NCBI GenBank assembly: GCA_039028615.1
Contig: JBCCHT010000013.1
Coordinates: forward strand, 32,001 to 96,000
Reading direction: 5' to 3'
Source: Myxococcota bacterium
GTDB lineage: Bacteria; Myxococcota_A; Polyangia; Nannocystales; Nannocystaceae
DNA: 64,000 nucleotides
The position numbers and the translations under genes are program-made. Positions 9,886-19,189 of this stretch are shown here, one piece after another. Within the stretch, counting starts at the first letter, position 1. Every line of letters begins with the position of its first letter. Under the pieces are notes generated by a model that saw only the letters and a program-made list of their open reading frames with translations, was not told the DNA's origin and did no database searches.

Positions 9886-11037
9886 CTAGCCTTCAACGCG
9901 CGGCAGATCCTGCGACTTCCGCCGAAAGATCAACCGCTCCAACGCCTGACTAATCCCATCCACCAGCTCATTCAACGACCGCGGATCCACCGGATGCCGA
10001 GTCCCCGACGCATACACCAGCAGCGGCACCCGCTCCCGCAACCGAACCGGCAGCACGAGCACATTCCCCGTGATCGACCCCATCGCCTGATCAAACGCCT
10101 TATTGATCTTCGACGTATTCCGCCACGGCCCAAAGTACGGCGCCCCGCGCTCGATCACATCCCGAAACGCCGAAGGCCCCGTCGTCGGAATCCGAACCTG
10201 CGTCACCGCCTCGAGCAACAGGTCATCCCCCCGAGCATCCCGCCCCCGCAGCTGCTTTTGCAGATGCACGAACATGATCACCCGGTCGAACCCCTCGGCG
10301 AGAAAGTCGAGCAGCACCCGCGTAATCTCGTCCCGGTCCGCCGCCGCGACCAACCGCGGCAACACCCGCGCGAACGCAGCGGGGGACAGCGGAGGAAAAT
10401 TCTCATCCACGAGCCGCCCGCTGTCGGTCCGCACGGTGGCAACCGGCACGGGCGTCGCCGACCGCTGTCGTGTTGGCGGCGGAGCAGCTCGAGTCTGCGC
10501 CGGAGTCTCCGACGCGGGCGGATCACTCACGGCGGGCGCGGGGGCAGGCGCGGGCTCATCCTGCCCCGCACCGATCGGCAGGTTCGCGGGTCGCGGTCCG
10601 TAGTACCGCTCGAGCGCACGCCGCAACGCGGTCAGCGGCGCGACCGCTCGTACGAGATATGCCCCGGTGTGATTGGCGACGGCATCGACCGCCCGGAGGT
10701 CGGTGGGATCGGCCATCGCCAGCGTCAGGTTGCCCACGTCGTCGACCGACACGGGCAGGACCTCGTGGTACCAAGCGAGCTCGATCGGCAGGTGCCGCAA
10801 GGTCTCGCGCTCGAGCTGATCGAGCAGGTCGGCTTCGACCTCGGGGATCATCAGCTTGCTCTGGAGGAAGCGGACCAAGTCCTCCTCACTCGACAGACCA
10901 CGGTGGATGATCACCTCGACGGGCGGCACCCGATTGGCGTAGGCGAAGTCTCGAATGCGCACCGACTCCCCCTCGGGGAGCAGGCCCGCCCGCTGCATCA
11001 TGGTGGCCAGATTGCTCAACGCGAGTGGATCATTCAT
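9886..11037 (-). CDS. GspE/PilB N-terminal (T2SSE_N) domain protein without ATPase, with Pro/Ala linker and GAF-like C-terminal domain
   Basis: LPIELAWYHEVLPV...LTLAMADPTDLRAVDAV...ALERYYG; no Walker motifs; ATG 11037 avoids overlap with iscS. Confidence 0.75.
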   Translation of the reverse strand: MNDPLALSNLATMMQRAGLLPEGESVRIRDFAYANRVPPVEVIIHRGLSSEEDLVRFLQSKLMIPEVEADLLDQLERETLRHLPIELAWYHEVLPVSVDDVGNLTLAMADPTDLRAVDAVANHTGAYLVRAVAPLTALRRALERYYGPRPANLPIGAGQDEPAPAPAPAVSDPPASETPAQTRAAPPPTRQRSATPVPVATVRTDSGRLVDENFPPLSPAAFARVLPRLVAAADRDEITRVLLDFLAEGFDRVIMFVHLQKQLRGRDARGDDLLLEAVTQVRIPTTGPSAFRDVIERGAPYFGPWRNTSKINKAFDQAMGSITGNVLVLPVRLRERVPLLVYASGTRHPVDPRSLNELVDGISQALERLIFRRKSQDLPRVEG

Positions 11038-11092
11038 CGGACGCGCATCTCTCGTCAATTTCGATGCAATCGGCGTGCTATACGGAGCCGCC

Positions 11093-12268
11093 GTGATCGA
11101 TCTCGACCACAACGCGACCACCCCGCTCGACCCCCGTGTACGGGCGAGTATGGGGGAGTTGCTGGCCCGGGAGGACCTGGGCAACCCCTCGAGCCAGCAC
11201 GGCCGAGGCCGTCAGGCGCGGGAGGTGGTCGAGGCCGCGCGTCGCCGGGTGGCGCAGGCGGTCGAAGCCGAGCCGCTGGGGGTGACGTTCACGTCGGGCG
11301 GCACGGAGGCCAACAATCTCGCCATTTTGGGCGTGGCGCGGGCGCTGGCGAAGGCGGGGCGGCCCCATGGGGTGCTGACCTCTGCGCTCGAACACCCGTC
11401 TGTAGCGGCCGCAATCGATGTTCTGGCGGCCGAAGGGCACCCGGTGAAGCGCATCGAGGTCGACGCCCAGGGTCGCATCGATCCCGACATGGTCGCCGCC
11501 CGGCTCGGCGCGGAGCCGCGCCTGGGCATTGTCTCGCTGGCGGCGGCAAACCACGAGCTGGGCAATGCGTACGACATCGCCGCCATCGCGCGGGCGGCCC
11601 GCGAGGCGTCGCCACAGGTGCGAGTCCACTGCGACGCCGTTCAGGCGGTAGGGAAGCTGCCGGTTTCCTTCCGCGGCTGGGGTGTAGACCTGCTCAGTAT
11701 CTCCGCCCACAAGCTGGGAGGCCCGGCGGGGGCCGGGGCTTTGGTGCACGACCGCGGCCTGAAGCTCCAGGCGCTGCGCCACGGCGGGGCCCAGGAGCGA
11801 GGCCGACGCCCGGGCACCGAGGCCACGTTGCTCGTGCACGGCTTCGGCCACGCCATCTCGCTCGCCGCCTCCGAGCAGCCCGCTCGCCACGCGAACATGG
11901 CCGCCCGCCGCTCTCGCCTGGTGCGGGGGCTCCAGGCCCTGGGCGCCCGGATTCACGGCGATCCAGACCATCACACGGGAAACACGGTCAATGTCGGCTT
12001 CGAGGGAACCGAAGGGGAGCTGGTGATGATGAACCTCGATCTGGCCGGAATCGCGGTCTCGACGGGGGCAGCCTGCAGCGCGGGGCTCCCGGAGCCCTCG
12101 CCCGTGCTGCTCGCACTGGGGCAGTCGGTGCCCCTCGCCCGCGAGGCCGTTCGCATGTCCCTCAGTCCCAACACGAGCGACGCGGACATCGACGCGGTGC
12201 TGACGGCCCTGGCCGAGGCCCTGCCTCGCATTCGCAAGGCCGGCACGGCCGTACGGAGCGCATCATGA
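11093..12268 (+). CDS. iscS: Cysteine desulfurase (IscS/NifS family)
   Basis: DLDHNATTP, GNPSS, FTSGGTEANN, SAHKLGGP (PLP Lys), STGAACS. Confidence 0.93.
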   Translation: MIDLDHNATTPLDPRVRASMGELLAREDLGNPSSQHGRGRQAREVVEAARRRVAQAVEAEPLGVTFTSGGTEANNLAILGVARALAKAGRPHGVLTSALEHPSVAAAIDVLAAEGHPVKRIEVDAQGRIDPDMVAARLGAEPRLGIVSLAAANHELGNAYDIAAIARAAREASPQVRVHCDAVQAVGKLPVSFRGWGVDLLSISAHKLGGPAGAGALVHDRGLKLQALRHGGAQERGRRPGTEATLLVHGFGHAISLAASEQPARHANMAARRSRLVRGLQALGARIHGDPDHHTGNTVNVGFEGTEGELVMMNLDLAGIAVSTGAACSAGLPEPSPVLLALGQSVPLAREAVRMSLSPNTSDADIDAVLTALAEALPRIRKAGTAVRSAS

Positions 12269-13341
12269 GAGTCGTGGTCGCCATGTCCGGGGGCGTCGAC
12301 TCGTCGATGGCCGCGGCCCGCATCGTCGACGAAGGCCACGACGTGGTCGGCATCACCATGCGGCTGTACGACGCGTCCGAGGACGAGCGCCGCGGTCGAG
12401 GCGGCAGCTGCTGCTCTCCGGCCGAGGTCGACATGGCCCGCCGGGCATGCGGCGTGCTCGGTATTCCGCACTACAGCGTCGACGAGCGCGAGCACTTCGA
12501 GGCCGAGGTCATCGATCCCTTCGTGCGGGACTATGTCGCGGGGCGAACCCCGAACCCGTGCACCCGCTGCAACCAGCACATCAAGTTCGGGCCCCTGCTG
12601 ACCCGCGCGCAGGCGCTGGGGGCCGACGTGCTGGTGACCGGCCATTACGCGCGCATCGAGGACGGCGCGCTGCTCCGCGGCGTCGATCCCCGCAAGGACC
12701 AGAGCTACTTCTTGTTCGCGATGGGCAAGGACGCCCTGTCCCAGGTTCGCTTTCCCCTCGGCGGCATGACCAAGGACGAGGTCCGCGAGCAAGCGGAGCG
12801 CCTCGGCCTGCCCAATGCTCAGGCGCCCGACAGCCAGGAGCTGTGCTTCGTGCCGGGGGGAGACCACGGTGTCGTGGTGGAGCGTCGGGCGGCGGCACTG
12901 GGCCTGTCCACCGATGCGCTCGCCCCTGGTCCCGTGGTCGACGGTCGCGGCCAGGAAATCGGCGAGCACCAGGGCATCCACCGGGTCACGGTCGGCCAGC
13001 GTCGCGGCATGCAGATTCGCGGCACCGACAAGCGCTACGTGCTGCGGGTCATCCCCGAGTCACGCACGGTGGTGGTGGGGTCGGCCGAGCAAGCGACGGC
13101 GCGCCGCCTGTACGTCGAGGAACTCCAAGACCTGGCGCTGCCCCCCGTGGGCGGATCGATGCGAGCCGCCGTGCAATGGCGCCACCGCAGCGCCCCCGCA
13201 CCGGCCACCGTCTCGATCGAAGCCGATCGAGCGGTCGTCGAGTTCGACGAGCCCGTGGGCGCGGCGGCGTGTGGCCAGGCCGCGGTGATCTACGACGGTG
13301 ATCGGGTGTGCGGCGGCGGCTGGATCGCGGCCACCGAGTAG
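12265..13341 (+). CDS. mnmA: tRNA 2-thiouridine(34) synthase
   Basis: AMSGGVDSS, GRTPNPCTRCN, TGHYAR, KDQSYFL, DSQELCF, TVGQRRG; ATGA overlap with iscS. Confidence 0.96.
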   Translation: MRVVVAMSGGVDSSMAAARIVDEGHDVVGITMRLYDASEDERRGRGGSCCSPAEVDMARRACGVLGIPHYSVDEREHFEAEVIDPFVRDYVAGRTPNPCTRCNQHIKFGPLLTRAQALGADVLVTGHYARIEDGALLRGVDPRKDQSYFLFAMGKDALSQVRFPLGGMTKDEVREQAERLGLPNAQAPDSQELCFVPGGDHGVVVERRAAALGLSTDALAPGPVVDGRGQEIGEHQGIHRVTVGQRRGMQIRGTDKRYVLRVIPESRTVVVGSAEQATARRLYVEELQDLALPPVGGSMRAAVQWRHRSAPAPATVSIEADRAVVEFDEPVGAAACGQAAVIYDGDRVCGGGWIAATE

Positions 13342-13357
13342 CGCCCCCGAGTGCCGC

Positions 13358-13768
13358 TCACCCCTTGAGCAGGCCGTCCTGCTTGCCGCTCTCGATGATC
13401 TCGAGGGTGAGGCCGGCGATCTCGTCGTCGCTGAGGCCCAAGCCGGAGGCGACCTTGCGCAGGTAGGCGTCCTCGTCGAAGTCGAGCTCGTCGTCGGAGT
13501 CGTTGACCGAGGCGACCAGCTCGATCACCGTCTTCTTGTCGTCCGCGCCGAGGTCCTTCAGCGAGCCGGTGGCGGCGGCGATGTCGTGCTTGGCGGGGTT
13601 GAAGGCCCGGATGCGATCCTCGATGCGGGAGGGCACGGTCACCGTCCCGACCAAGCGGGCGATCATCGTGCGGATCGCGGTCAGCTCTTCACCTTCGAGC
13701 CGTTTGTCGGCATAGGCGGCGCCGAGCAACAGGTCGGTAATCGTGTCGGTGTGCTGCCTCAGCGCCAT
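13358..13768 (-). CDS. TerB-like family protein
   Basis: LLLGAAYADKRLEGEE and DSDDELDFDEDAYLRKVASGLG acidic TerB pattern. Confidence 0.75.
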   Translation of the reverse strand: MALRQHTDTITDLLLGAAYADKRLEGEELTAIRTMIARLVGTVTVPSRIEDRIRAFNPAKHDIAAATGSLKDLGADDKKTVIELVASVNDSDDELDFDEDAYLRKVASGLGLSDDEIAGLTLEIIESGKQDGLLKG

Positions 13769-13833
13769 CGTCCCGAATGGTACGTCGCGGCTCCAGCGCG
13801 CGTCCACCAGGCCCGCTATACTGGCGAGACGTC

Positions 13834-14661
13834 ATGACGCGTCTTCCCAAGGTTTTGACGGGTTTGCCCGACCCGGAGACTCCGGTCGCGGACGATACTG
13901 GGCCGCCTGCACCGGGAGGGCTCACCGGCCTCATGGCCCGTTTGCAGTACGACTTCGCCGACCGGGCGTTGTTGCGGGTGGCGTTGACGTTGGGGTCGTG
14001 GGCCAACGAGCACCGCGACGCGGGCTGGCCGAGCAACGCGTGCCTCGAGTTCTTCGGTGATGCGGTGCTGGGGCTCATCGCCGCCGATGCGTTGTGGCGA
14101 CGGTTCCCCGACTTGGCCGAGGGCGAGCTGACGCGCTTGCGCGCCGCGCTGGTCTCCGAGCCGAGCTTGGCCCAGGCCGCCCGCGACATCGAGCTGGGCG
14201 AGTGGCTGTTTCTCGGCCGCGGCGATCTCAAGCGGGGAGGGCGAGACCACCCGAGCACCTTGGCCGACGCGGTCGAAGCGGTGCTGGGCGCCATCTTCCT
14301 CGATGCCCGCGAGGCGGGGCGTCCGGCGCTCGATGCCGTGGCCGAAGTCTTCGAACGGCTCGCGGGGCAGCGCCTGGTCGACCTCAAGCCCGAGCACGGC
14401 CTCGATCCCAAGTCGCGATTGCAGCACTGGGCCCAAGGCAAGTTTCGCGTCACGCCCATCTACGTGCGCGTCGGTCAGCCTCCGCCACCCGACGACCCGA
14501 GCTGGTCGGCCCGCGTCGAGCTGCGCTTTTCCGACGGGCGCGTGGCCGTGCTGGGACAAGGGCAGGGGCGCAGCCTCAAGCAAGCGGAACGGGCCGCCGC
14601 TCGCGAGGCATTGGCTCGGATCGATGCAGAAGCGGAAGCCGAGGCCGCTGAACAAAAGTAA
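13834..14661 (+). CDS. rnc: Ribonuclease III
   Basis: NACLEFFGDAVL, EGELTRLRAALV, LADAVEAVLGAIFLD, dsRBD DPKSRLQ...KQAERAAA. Confidence 0.93.
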   Translation: MTRLPKVLTGLPDPETPVADDTGPPAPGGLTGLMARLQYDFADRALLRVALTLGSWANEHRDAGWPSNACLEFFGDAVLGLIAADALWRRFPDLAEGELTRLRAALVSEPSLAQAARDIELGEWLFLGRGDLKRGGRDHPSTLADAVEAVLGAIFLDAREAGRPALDAVAEVFERLAGQRLVDLKPEHGLDPKSRLQHWAQGKFRVTPIYVRVGQPPPPDDPSWSARVELRFSDGRVAVLGQGQGRSLKQAERAAAREALARIDAEAEAEAAEQK

Positions 14662-14781
14662 ACGCCGCGTGCTCCGACGCGGCGTTAGCCAGTTCCAGGA
14701 TGCTCGGCCTCGAGCCCAAGCGCGGCGGAGCCATGGTCTCGCGAGGCACGGCCGTGGCCCCGCCTGTGGAAGAGCGGAGCG

Positions 14782-15714
14782 CTACTCGGGGATCCAGCAG
14801 CCGCCCACGTGCTCGAGCGACGGCGGAGGATCGCCGGCGTACCACGAGTTGCACAGCACGCCCGGGCCCATGTCGGCGCACCCGGGGTTGGTGCCGTCGG
14901 GCGCGTTGAGGGTCATGTCGCAGTAGGGCGAGCAGCAGCCGGTTCCGCCCTGGCAGTCGGGCAGCGAAGCCGGGTTGTAGTTGCAGAACAAGCCCGCGGC
15001 ACAGCTGTTGGAGTACTCGCAGGCGTCGCCCTGCAAGAACGCCCCGTCGCCCCATCCGGTGGCGCAGTTGAAGCCATCGAAGCCGGTGGCGGGCATACAG
15101 ATGGCGATCTCCGCCGCGCAGTCCTGAAGGACTGGATCGCAGTCCTGGGTGCAGGAGATCAGCGTGCCGTCGTTGTCGATGGCGCAGGTGGTACCGTCGG
15201 GGCACTCGGGGGCGGCCTCGGATCCCGAGCACATCGCGATGCACACGCCCTGACCCTCGTCGTTGATGAAGCTGCAGTAGTGCCCGATGTCGCAGTCGTC
15301 GATGCCCTCGCCGATCTGATTGCCGTCGCACAGGTCACCCTCTTGGCCGGGGTTGTCGACCACGGGCACACAGCGGTTGCCGTCGCCTCCGGGAGCGCCG
15401 ATCGAGTAGTGGGCACACTTTTCCCCGTCGGGGCAGTCCTGCTCCCAGACGTCGCACTGGATCGCCTGCGGGGTGTCGGGGTTGGGCACGAACCCACCGT
15501 CGTCCATCGGGTCTGCGGTCTCGTCTCCGCTGTCCTGAGGATCGGGGGTGGGGCTGGTCTCGCCGGAGGCTCCATCACCCGAGGTGGAGGTCGCGGGCGT
15601 CGAGCCCGGCGGGAGCCCCCCGTCATTGCCATTGGCGGGATTCGTATCGTCCGCGCCACAAGCAACGGCGACCGCGGTGAACAGTGACAACCCAACCATC
15701 GTGGAAAGACGCAT
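14782..15714 (-). CDS. Cys-rich myxobacterial lipoprotein
   Basis: Lipobox AVAC, acidic linker, CDVWEQDCPDGEKC and further Cys-rich modules; start could be 15723. Confidence 0.75.
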   Translation of the reverse strand: MRLSTMVGLSLFTAVAVACGADDTNPANGNDGGLPPGSTPATSTSGDGASGETSPTPDPQDSGDETADPMDDGGFVPNPDTPQAIQCDVWEQDCPDGEKCAHYSIGAPGGDGNRCVPVVDNPGQEGDLCDGNQIGEGIDDCDIGHYCSFINDEGQGVCIAMCSGSEAAPECPDGTTCAIDNDGTLISCTQDCDPVLQDCAAEIAICMPATGFDGFNCATGWGDGAFLQGDACEYSNSCAAGLFCNYNPASLPDCQGGTGCCSPYCDMTLNAPDGTNPGCADMGPGVLCNSWYAGDPPPSLEHVGGCWIPE

Positions 15715-15727
15715 GATGAGCATGGCT

Positions 15728-15739
15728 ACGCTATAGCGT
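15728..15739. promoter_or_regulatory. Palindromic operator copy 1 (ACGCTATAGCGT)
   Basis: Perfect 12-bp palindrome, identical to the copy at 15852-15863. Confidence 0.6.
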
Positions 15740-15848
15740 TTTTCTGTGTCAACAAAAACTTGATGATGAGACGTTATGGACGATTGGTGGCGTTCTTGGT
15801 TTCGCCATCGCGAATGTGGCGCCGATTGACGACCACGGCAGAATCATA

Positions 15849-15877
15849 TTGACGCTATAGCGTAATGGTTCTACGCT
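15849..15877 (+). promoter_or_regulatory. Sigma70-type promoter (TTGACG-17 bp-TACGCT) overlapped by palindromic operator copy 2
   Basis: -35 at 15849-15854, -10 at 15872-15877, ACGCTATAGCGT at 15852-15863. Confidence 0.6.
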
Positions 15878-15942
15878 CGGTTCGACGCGCATATGGGAGT
15901 GATTTCCAGTTCGGTTCGAGGGGACCGTCCACCGTCGGAGCG

Positions 15943-16926
15943 ATGCGCATGGCTTTGACGCTACGGGTGCTCGACGCCGAGGCCATCGATGCGGTGGGCG
16001 ACATGCGAGCGCTGATCGAGGCGGTCGGTCATGCCTTCGCGGAGCTGTCGCGAGGGGTCGTAAGTGCCCCCGAGCGCGCGGTGGTGTCGAGCCCGGGCGG
16101 AACCACGCTGGTGATGGGAGCCTCGGTGCCCGAACAAGGCCTGGTGACCAAGGTCGTCTCGGTGTTCGGCGGCAACCAGGCGCAGGGGCTGCCCACGACG
16201 ATCGGCCTGGCGGTGGTGCTCGACCCTCGCACGGGCGCACCCATCGGCCTGTGCGACGGCGCTCGCTTGACCGCCTGGAGAACGGGCGCGGCCTCGGGTC
16301 TGGCGACGTCGAAGCTGGCGCGCCCCGACGCGAAGATCGGTGCCCTCATCGGCTGCGGGGCGCAGGCCCGCACGCAGCTGCTCGGGAGCGTGGCGGTTCG
16401 CGAGCTCTCGGAGGTCCGGGTCTTCGGTCCCCGCCCATCTCGAGTCGCCACGTTCATCGAACACATGCAGCCTCGGGTCTCCGCCCGCTTGGTGCCCGCG
16501 TCCGGTGCCAAGGCGGCGATCGATGGCGCCGACGTCGTCTGCGTAGCCACGTCCTCCCGCACGCCCGTGCTCGACGGCGCCGATCTGGCCCCGGGGACCC
16601 ACATCAACGCGGTCGGCACGTTCCGGCTCGACATGCGTGAACTCGACGTCACCACCGTTCATCGTGCCTCGGTCTTCATCGACCAGCGCGCCGCGGCCCG
16701 GGCGGAGGCCGGGGACCTCATGGCCGCGGAGCAGGCCGGGGTCACCTCGAGCGAGGCGTGGACGGAGCTTGGGCGTGTGGTCTCGGGCGACGCCCCGGGG
16801 CGACGCTCGAACGACGAAATCACCCTGTTCAAGTCGGTCGGGCTGGCCGTGCAAGACGTGGCCGCCGCGGCCGTGTTCTTCGAGGCGGCCCAGGCGGCCG
16901 ACCTCGGTCATCGGATCTCGCTATGA
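15943..16926 (+). CDS. Ornithine cyclodeaminase/mu-crystallin family, likely delta1-pyrroline-2-carboxylate reductase
   Basis: KVVSVF..N, LTAWRTGAAS, GCGAQA, HINAVG, FKSVGLAVQD; context next to proline-racemase-family gene. Confidence 0.85.
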   Translation: MRMALTLRVLDAEAIDAVGDMRALIEAVGHAFAELSRGVVSAPERAVVSSPGGTTLVMGASVPEQGLVTKVVSVFGGNQAQGLPTTIGLAVVLDPRTGAPIGLCDGARLTAWRTGAASGLATSKLARPDAKIGALIGCGAQARTQLLGSVAVRELSEVRVFGPRPSRVATFIEHMQPRVSARLVPASGAKAAIDGADVVCVATSSRTPVLDGADLAPGTHINAVGTFRLDMRELDVTTVHRASVFIDQRAAARAEAGDLMAAEQAGVTSSEAWTELGRVVSGDAPGRRSNDEITLFKSVGLAVQDVAAAAVFFEAAQAADLGHRISL

Positions 16927-17918
16927 ATCGCATTCGGACCATCGATGCCCACACCGCGGGCGAACCTCTTCGCATCATCACCGCGGGTTGGCCTGATTTA
17001 CCTGGCGACACCATCCTGCAGCGCCGCGCTTGGGCGCGGGAGAACTGCGAGCCGCTGCGTCGCGCGCTGATGTGGGAGCCCAGGGGGCACGCGGACATGT
17101 ACGGAGCGCTGCTCGTCCCGCCCGCGACGCCCGACGGTGATCTCGGCGTGCTCTTTTTGCACAACGAGGGCTACAGCACGATGTGCGGCCACGGGATCAT
17201 CGCCCTGACCACGGTGGTGCTCGATCGCGGGCTGGTGAAGCCCCGCGAGCCCGACGTGCTGCGCATCGATACGCCCGCGGGGCGGGTGGTCGCCCGCGCG
17301 CGTCGCCACGAAGGCCGGGTCGAAGACGTCACCTTCCGCAACGTCGCGTCGTTCGTGCAGGAGCCGGAGGCCACCGTCGAGGTGCCGCAGTTGGGCACCG
17401 TGCGCTACGACCTCGCGTTCGGCGGTGCCTACTACGCCTATGTCGATGCCACCGCGCTCGGCCTGTCGCTTCAGGCCGACAACGCCCATGCCGTCATCGA
17501 GGCGGGCCGGGCAATCAAGCGGGCCATCGCGGCTCGAGGGGCGCCACAGCACCCGGACGGCGACGCCGATCTGGGCTTTCTCTACGGCACCATCTTCGTC
17601 GATACGAGCCGTCCCGAGGTGCACAGCCGCAACGCGTGCGTCTTTGCCGAGGGCGAGCTCGACCGTTCACCGACCGGCACCGGGGTCTCCGGGCGGGTCG
17701 CCATCCACCATGCCCGCGGCGAGCTGCCGACCGGGCAGTGGGTGACCATCGAGAGCATCTTGGGCACGAGCTTCGACGTGCGGGTGCTCGAGACCACCAC
17801 CGTCGGGGGGCTACCCGCCGTCGTGCCCGAGGTGCGCGGGGCGGCGTTCGTCACCGGCGAGCACGAATTCATCATCGATCCGCGCGATCCACTGCGACAA
17901 GGGTTCCTTCTGCGATGA
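16923..17918 (+). CDS. Proline racemase family, likely trans-3-hydroxy-L-proline dehydratase
   Basis: IDAHTAGEP, EPRGHADMYG, MCGH (Cys) and DRSPTGTG (Thr) active-site pair. Confidence 0.88.
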   Translation: MNRIRTIDAHTAGEPLRIITAGWPDLPGDTILQRRAWARENCEPLRRALMWEPRGHADMYGALLVPPATPDGDLGVLFLHNEGYSTMCGHGIIALTTVVLDRGLVKPREPDVLRIDTPAGRVVARARRHEGRVEDVTFRNVASFVQEPEATVEVPQLGTVRYDLAFGGAYYAYVDATALGLSLQADNAHAVIEAGRAIKRAIAARGAPQHPDGDADLGFLYGTIFVDTSRPEVHSRNACVFAEGELDRSPTGTGVSGRVAIHHARGELPTGQWVTIESILGTSFDVRVLETTTVGGLPAVVPEVRGAAFVTGEHEFIIDPRDPLRQGFLLR

Positions 17919-19189
17919 CCATCCCTCACCGTCTTCCCGGCCTCGATGTGCGCGAGCACGTGTTCGAGGTCCCCGTCGACTACCAGCAGCCCAAGGGCGA
18001 GACGCTCAGAGTCTTCGCCCGCGAGGTCGTGGACCCACGGCGCGCCGACGAGCGTTTGCCGTGGATGGTGTTCCTCCAAGGTGGCCCCGGGTTTGGCTCG
18101 CCGCGCCCCACCGAAGCCTCCGGCTGGGTCGGCCGCGCGGTGCAGACCCATCGCGTGTTGCTGCTCGACCAGCGGGGCACGGGACGCAGCACGCCGATCT
18201 CGGTCGAGTCGGTGCAGCGCTTCGACTCGCCGAACACCCTGGCGGCCTACCTGGCCCACTTCCGCGCCGACAACATCGTGCGGGATTGCGAGTTCATTCG
18301 GCGGAAGTTGATCGGCGACGAACGATGGACGCTGCTCGGCCAGAGCTTCGGGGGCTTCTGCTCGGTGCGGTACTTGAGCGCCTCGCCGCAGGGGCTGGCG
18401 GCCGCGATCATCACGGGCGGGCTTCCCTCGCTGACCGCCCACGCGGACGACGTGTATCGGCACACCTATCCCCGGGTGCTCGAGCAAAATCGCCGCTACT
18501 TCGCGCGCTATCCTGAGGACCAAGCCCGCTTCCGTGCCGTCGCCGAGCATCTCGAGGCCAACGACGTGCGCCTGCCCGAGGGCGGTCCGCTCACCCGCAC
18601 CAAGCTCCAGCAGCTGGGGCTCTTGCTCGGCTTTCACGATGGCCACGAACAAGTCCACTACCTGCTCGAAGAGGCCTGGACGCCGGGCGGAGATTCGCTG
18701 TCGTACACGTTCTTGCGGGGCTTCGAGCACGCGTTGCCCTACGACACGAACCCGCTGTTCACCGTGCTCCACGAGGCCTGCTATGCCCAAGGCGGCCCCA
18801 CGGGGTGGTCGGCTGAGCGCATTCGGGCCGAGTTCCCCCAGTTCGACGACCCTCAGCACTTTCTCATGACGGGGGAGATGATCTACCCGTGGATGCTCGA
18901 GCAATGGCCTCGCTTGCGGCCGCTCGCTGAAGCCGCCCAGCTGCTCGCGGACAAGGAGGACTGGCCGCAGCTGTATGACGCCGAGGTGCTCGCTCGCAAC
19001 GAGGTGCCCGTCGTGGCGGCGGTCTACGACGACGATATGTACGTCGGGCGCGAGTACTCGGACGAGACGGCAAAAACCATCGGCAACCTGCGTGCGTGGG
19101 TGACCAATGAATACCCGCACAGCGGACTGCGAGCGCGGGGCGACGTGGTGCTCGGGCGCCTGCTCGACATGCTCGATGGCCTGGTCTAG
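17915..19189 (+). CDS. pip: Proline iminopeptidase (alpha/beta hydrolase)
   Basis: FLQGGPG, LDQRGTGRS, FRADNIVRDCE, GQSFGG, YDDDMYV, HSGLR. Confidence 0.9.
   Translation: MTIPHRLPGLDVREHVFEVPVDYQQPKGETLRVFAREVVDPRRADERLPWMVFLQGGPGFGSPRPTEASGWVGRAVQTHRVLLLDQRGTGRSTPISVESVQRFDSPNTLAAYLAHFRADNIVRDCEFIRRKLIGDERWTLLGQSFGGFCSVRYLSASPQGLAAAIITGGLPSLTAHADDVYRHTYPRVLEQNRRYFARYPEDQARFRAVAEHLEANDVRLPEGGPLTRTKLQQLGLLLGFHDGHEQVHYLLEEAWTPGGDSLSYTFLRGFEHALPYDTNPLFTVLHEACYAQGGPTGWSAERIRAEFPQFDDPQHFLMTGEMIYPWMLEQWPRLRPLAEAAQLLADKEDWPQLYDAEVLARNEVPVVAAVYDDDMYVGREYSDETAKTIGNLRAWVTNEYPHSGLRARGDVVLGRLLDMLDGLV

Noticed and set aside
9994..13341. 1115-aa ORF as a giant MnmA fusion
   Set aside because: Only the part from ATG 12265 is MnmA. 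The upstream part is a stop-free shadow frame over the T2SSE_N gene and iscS.
13358..13768. Tellurite resistance or ter defence island
   Set aside because: A single TerB-like gene among housekeeping genes, with no other ter genes.
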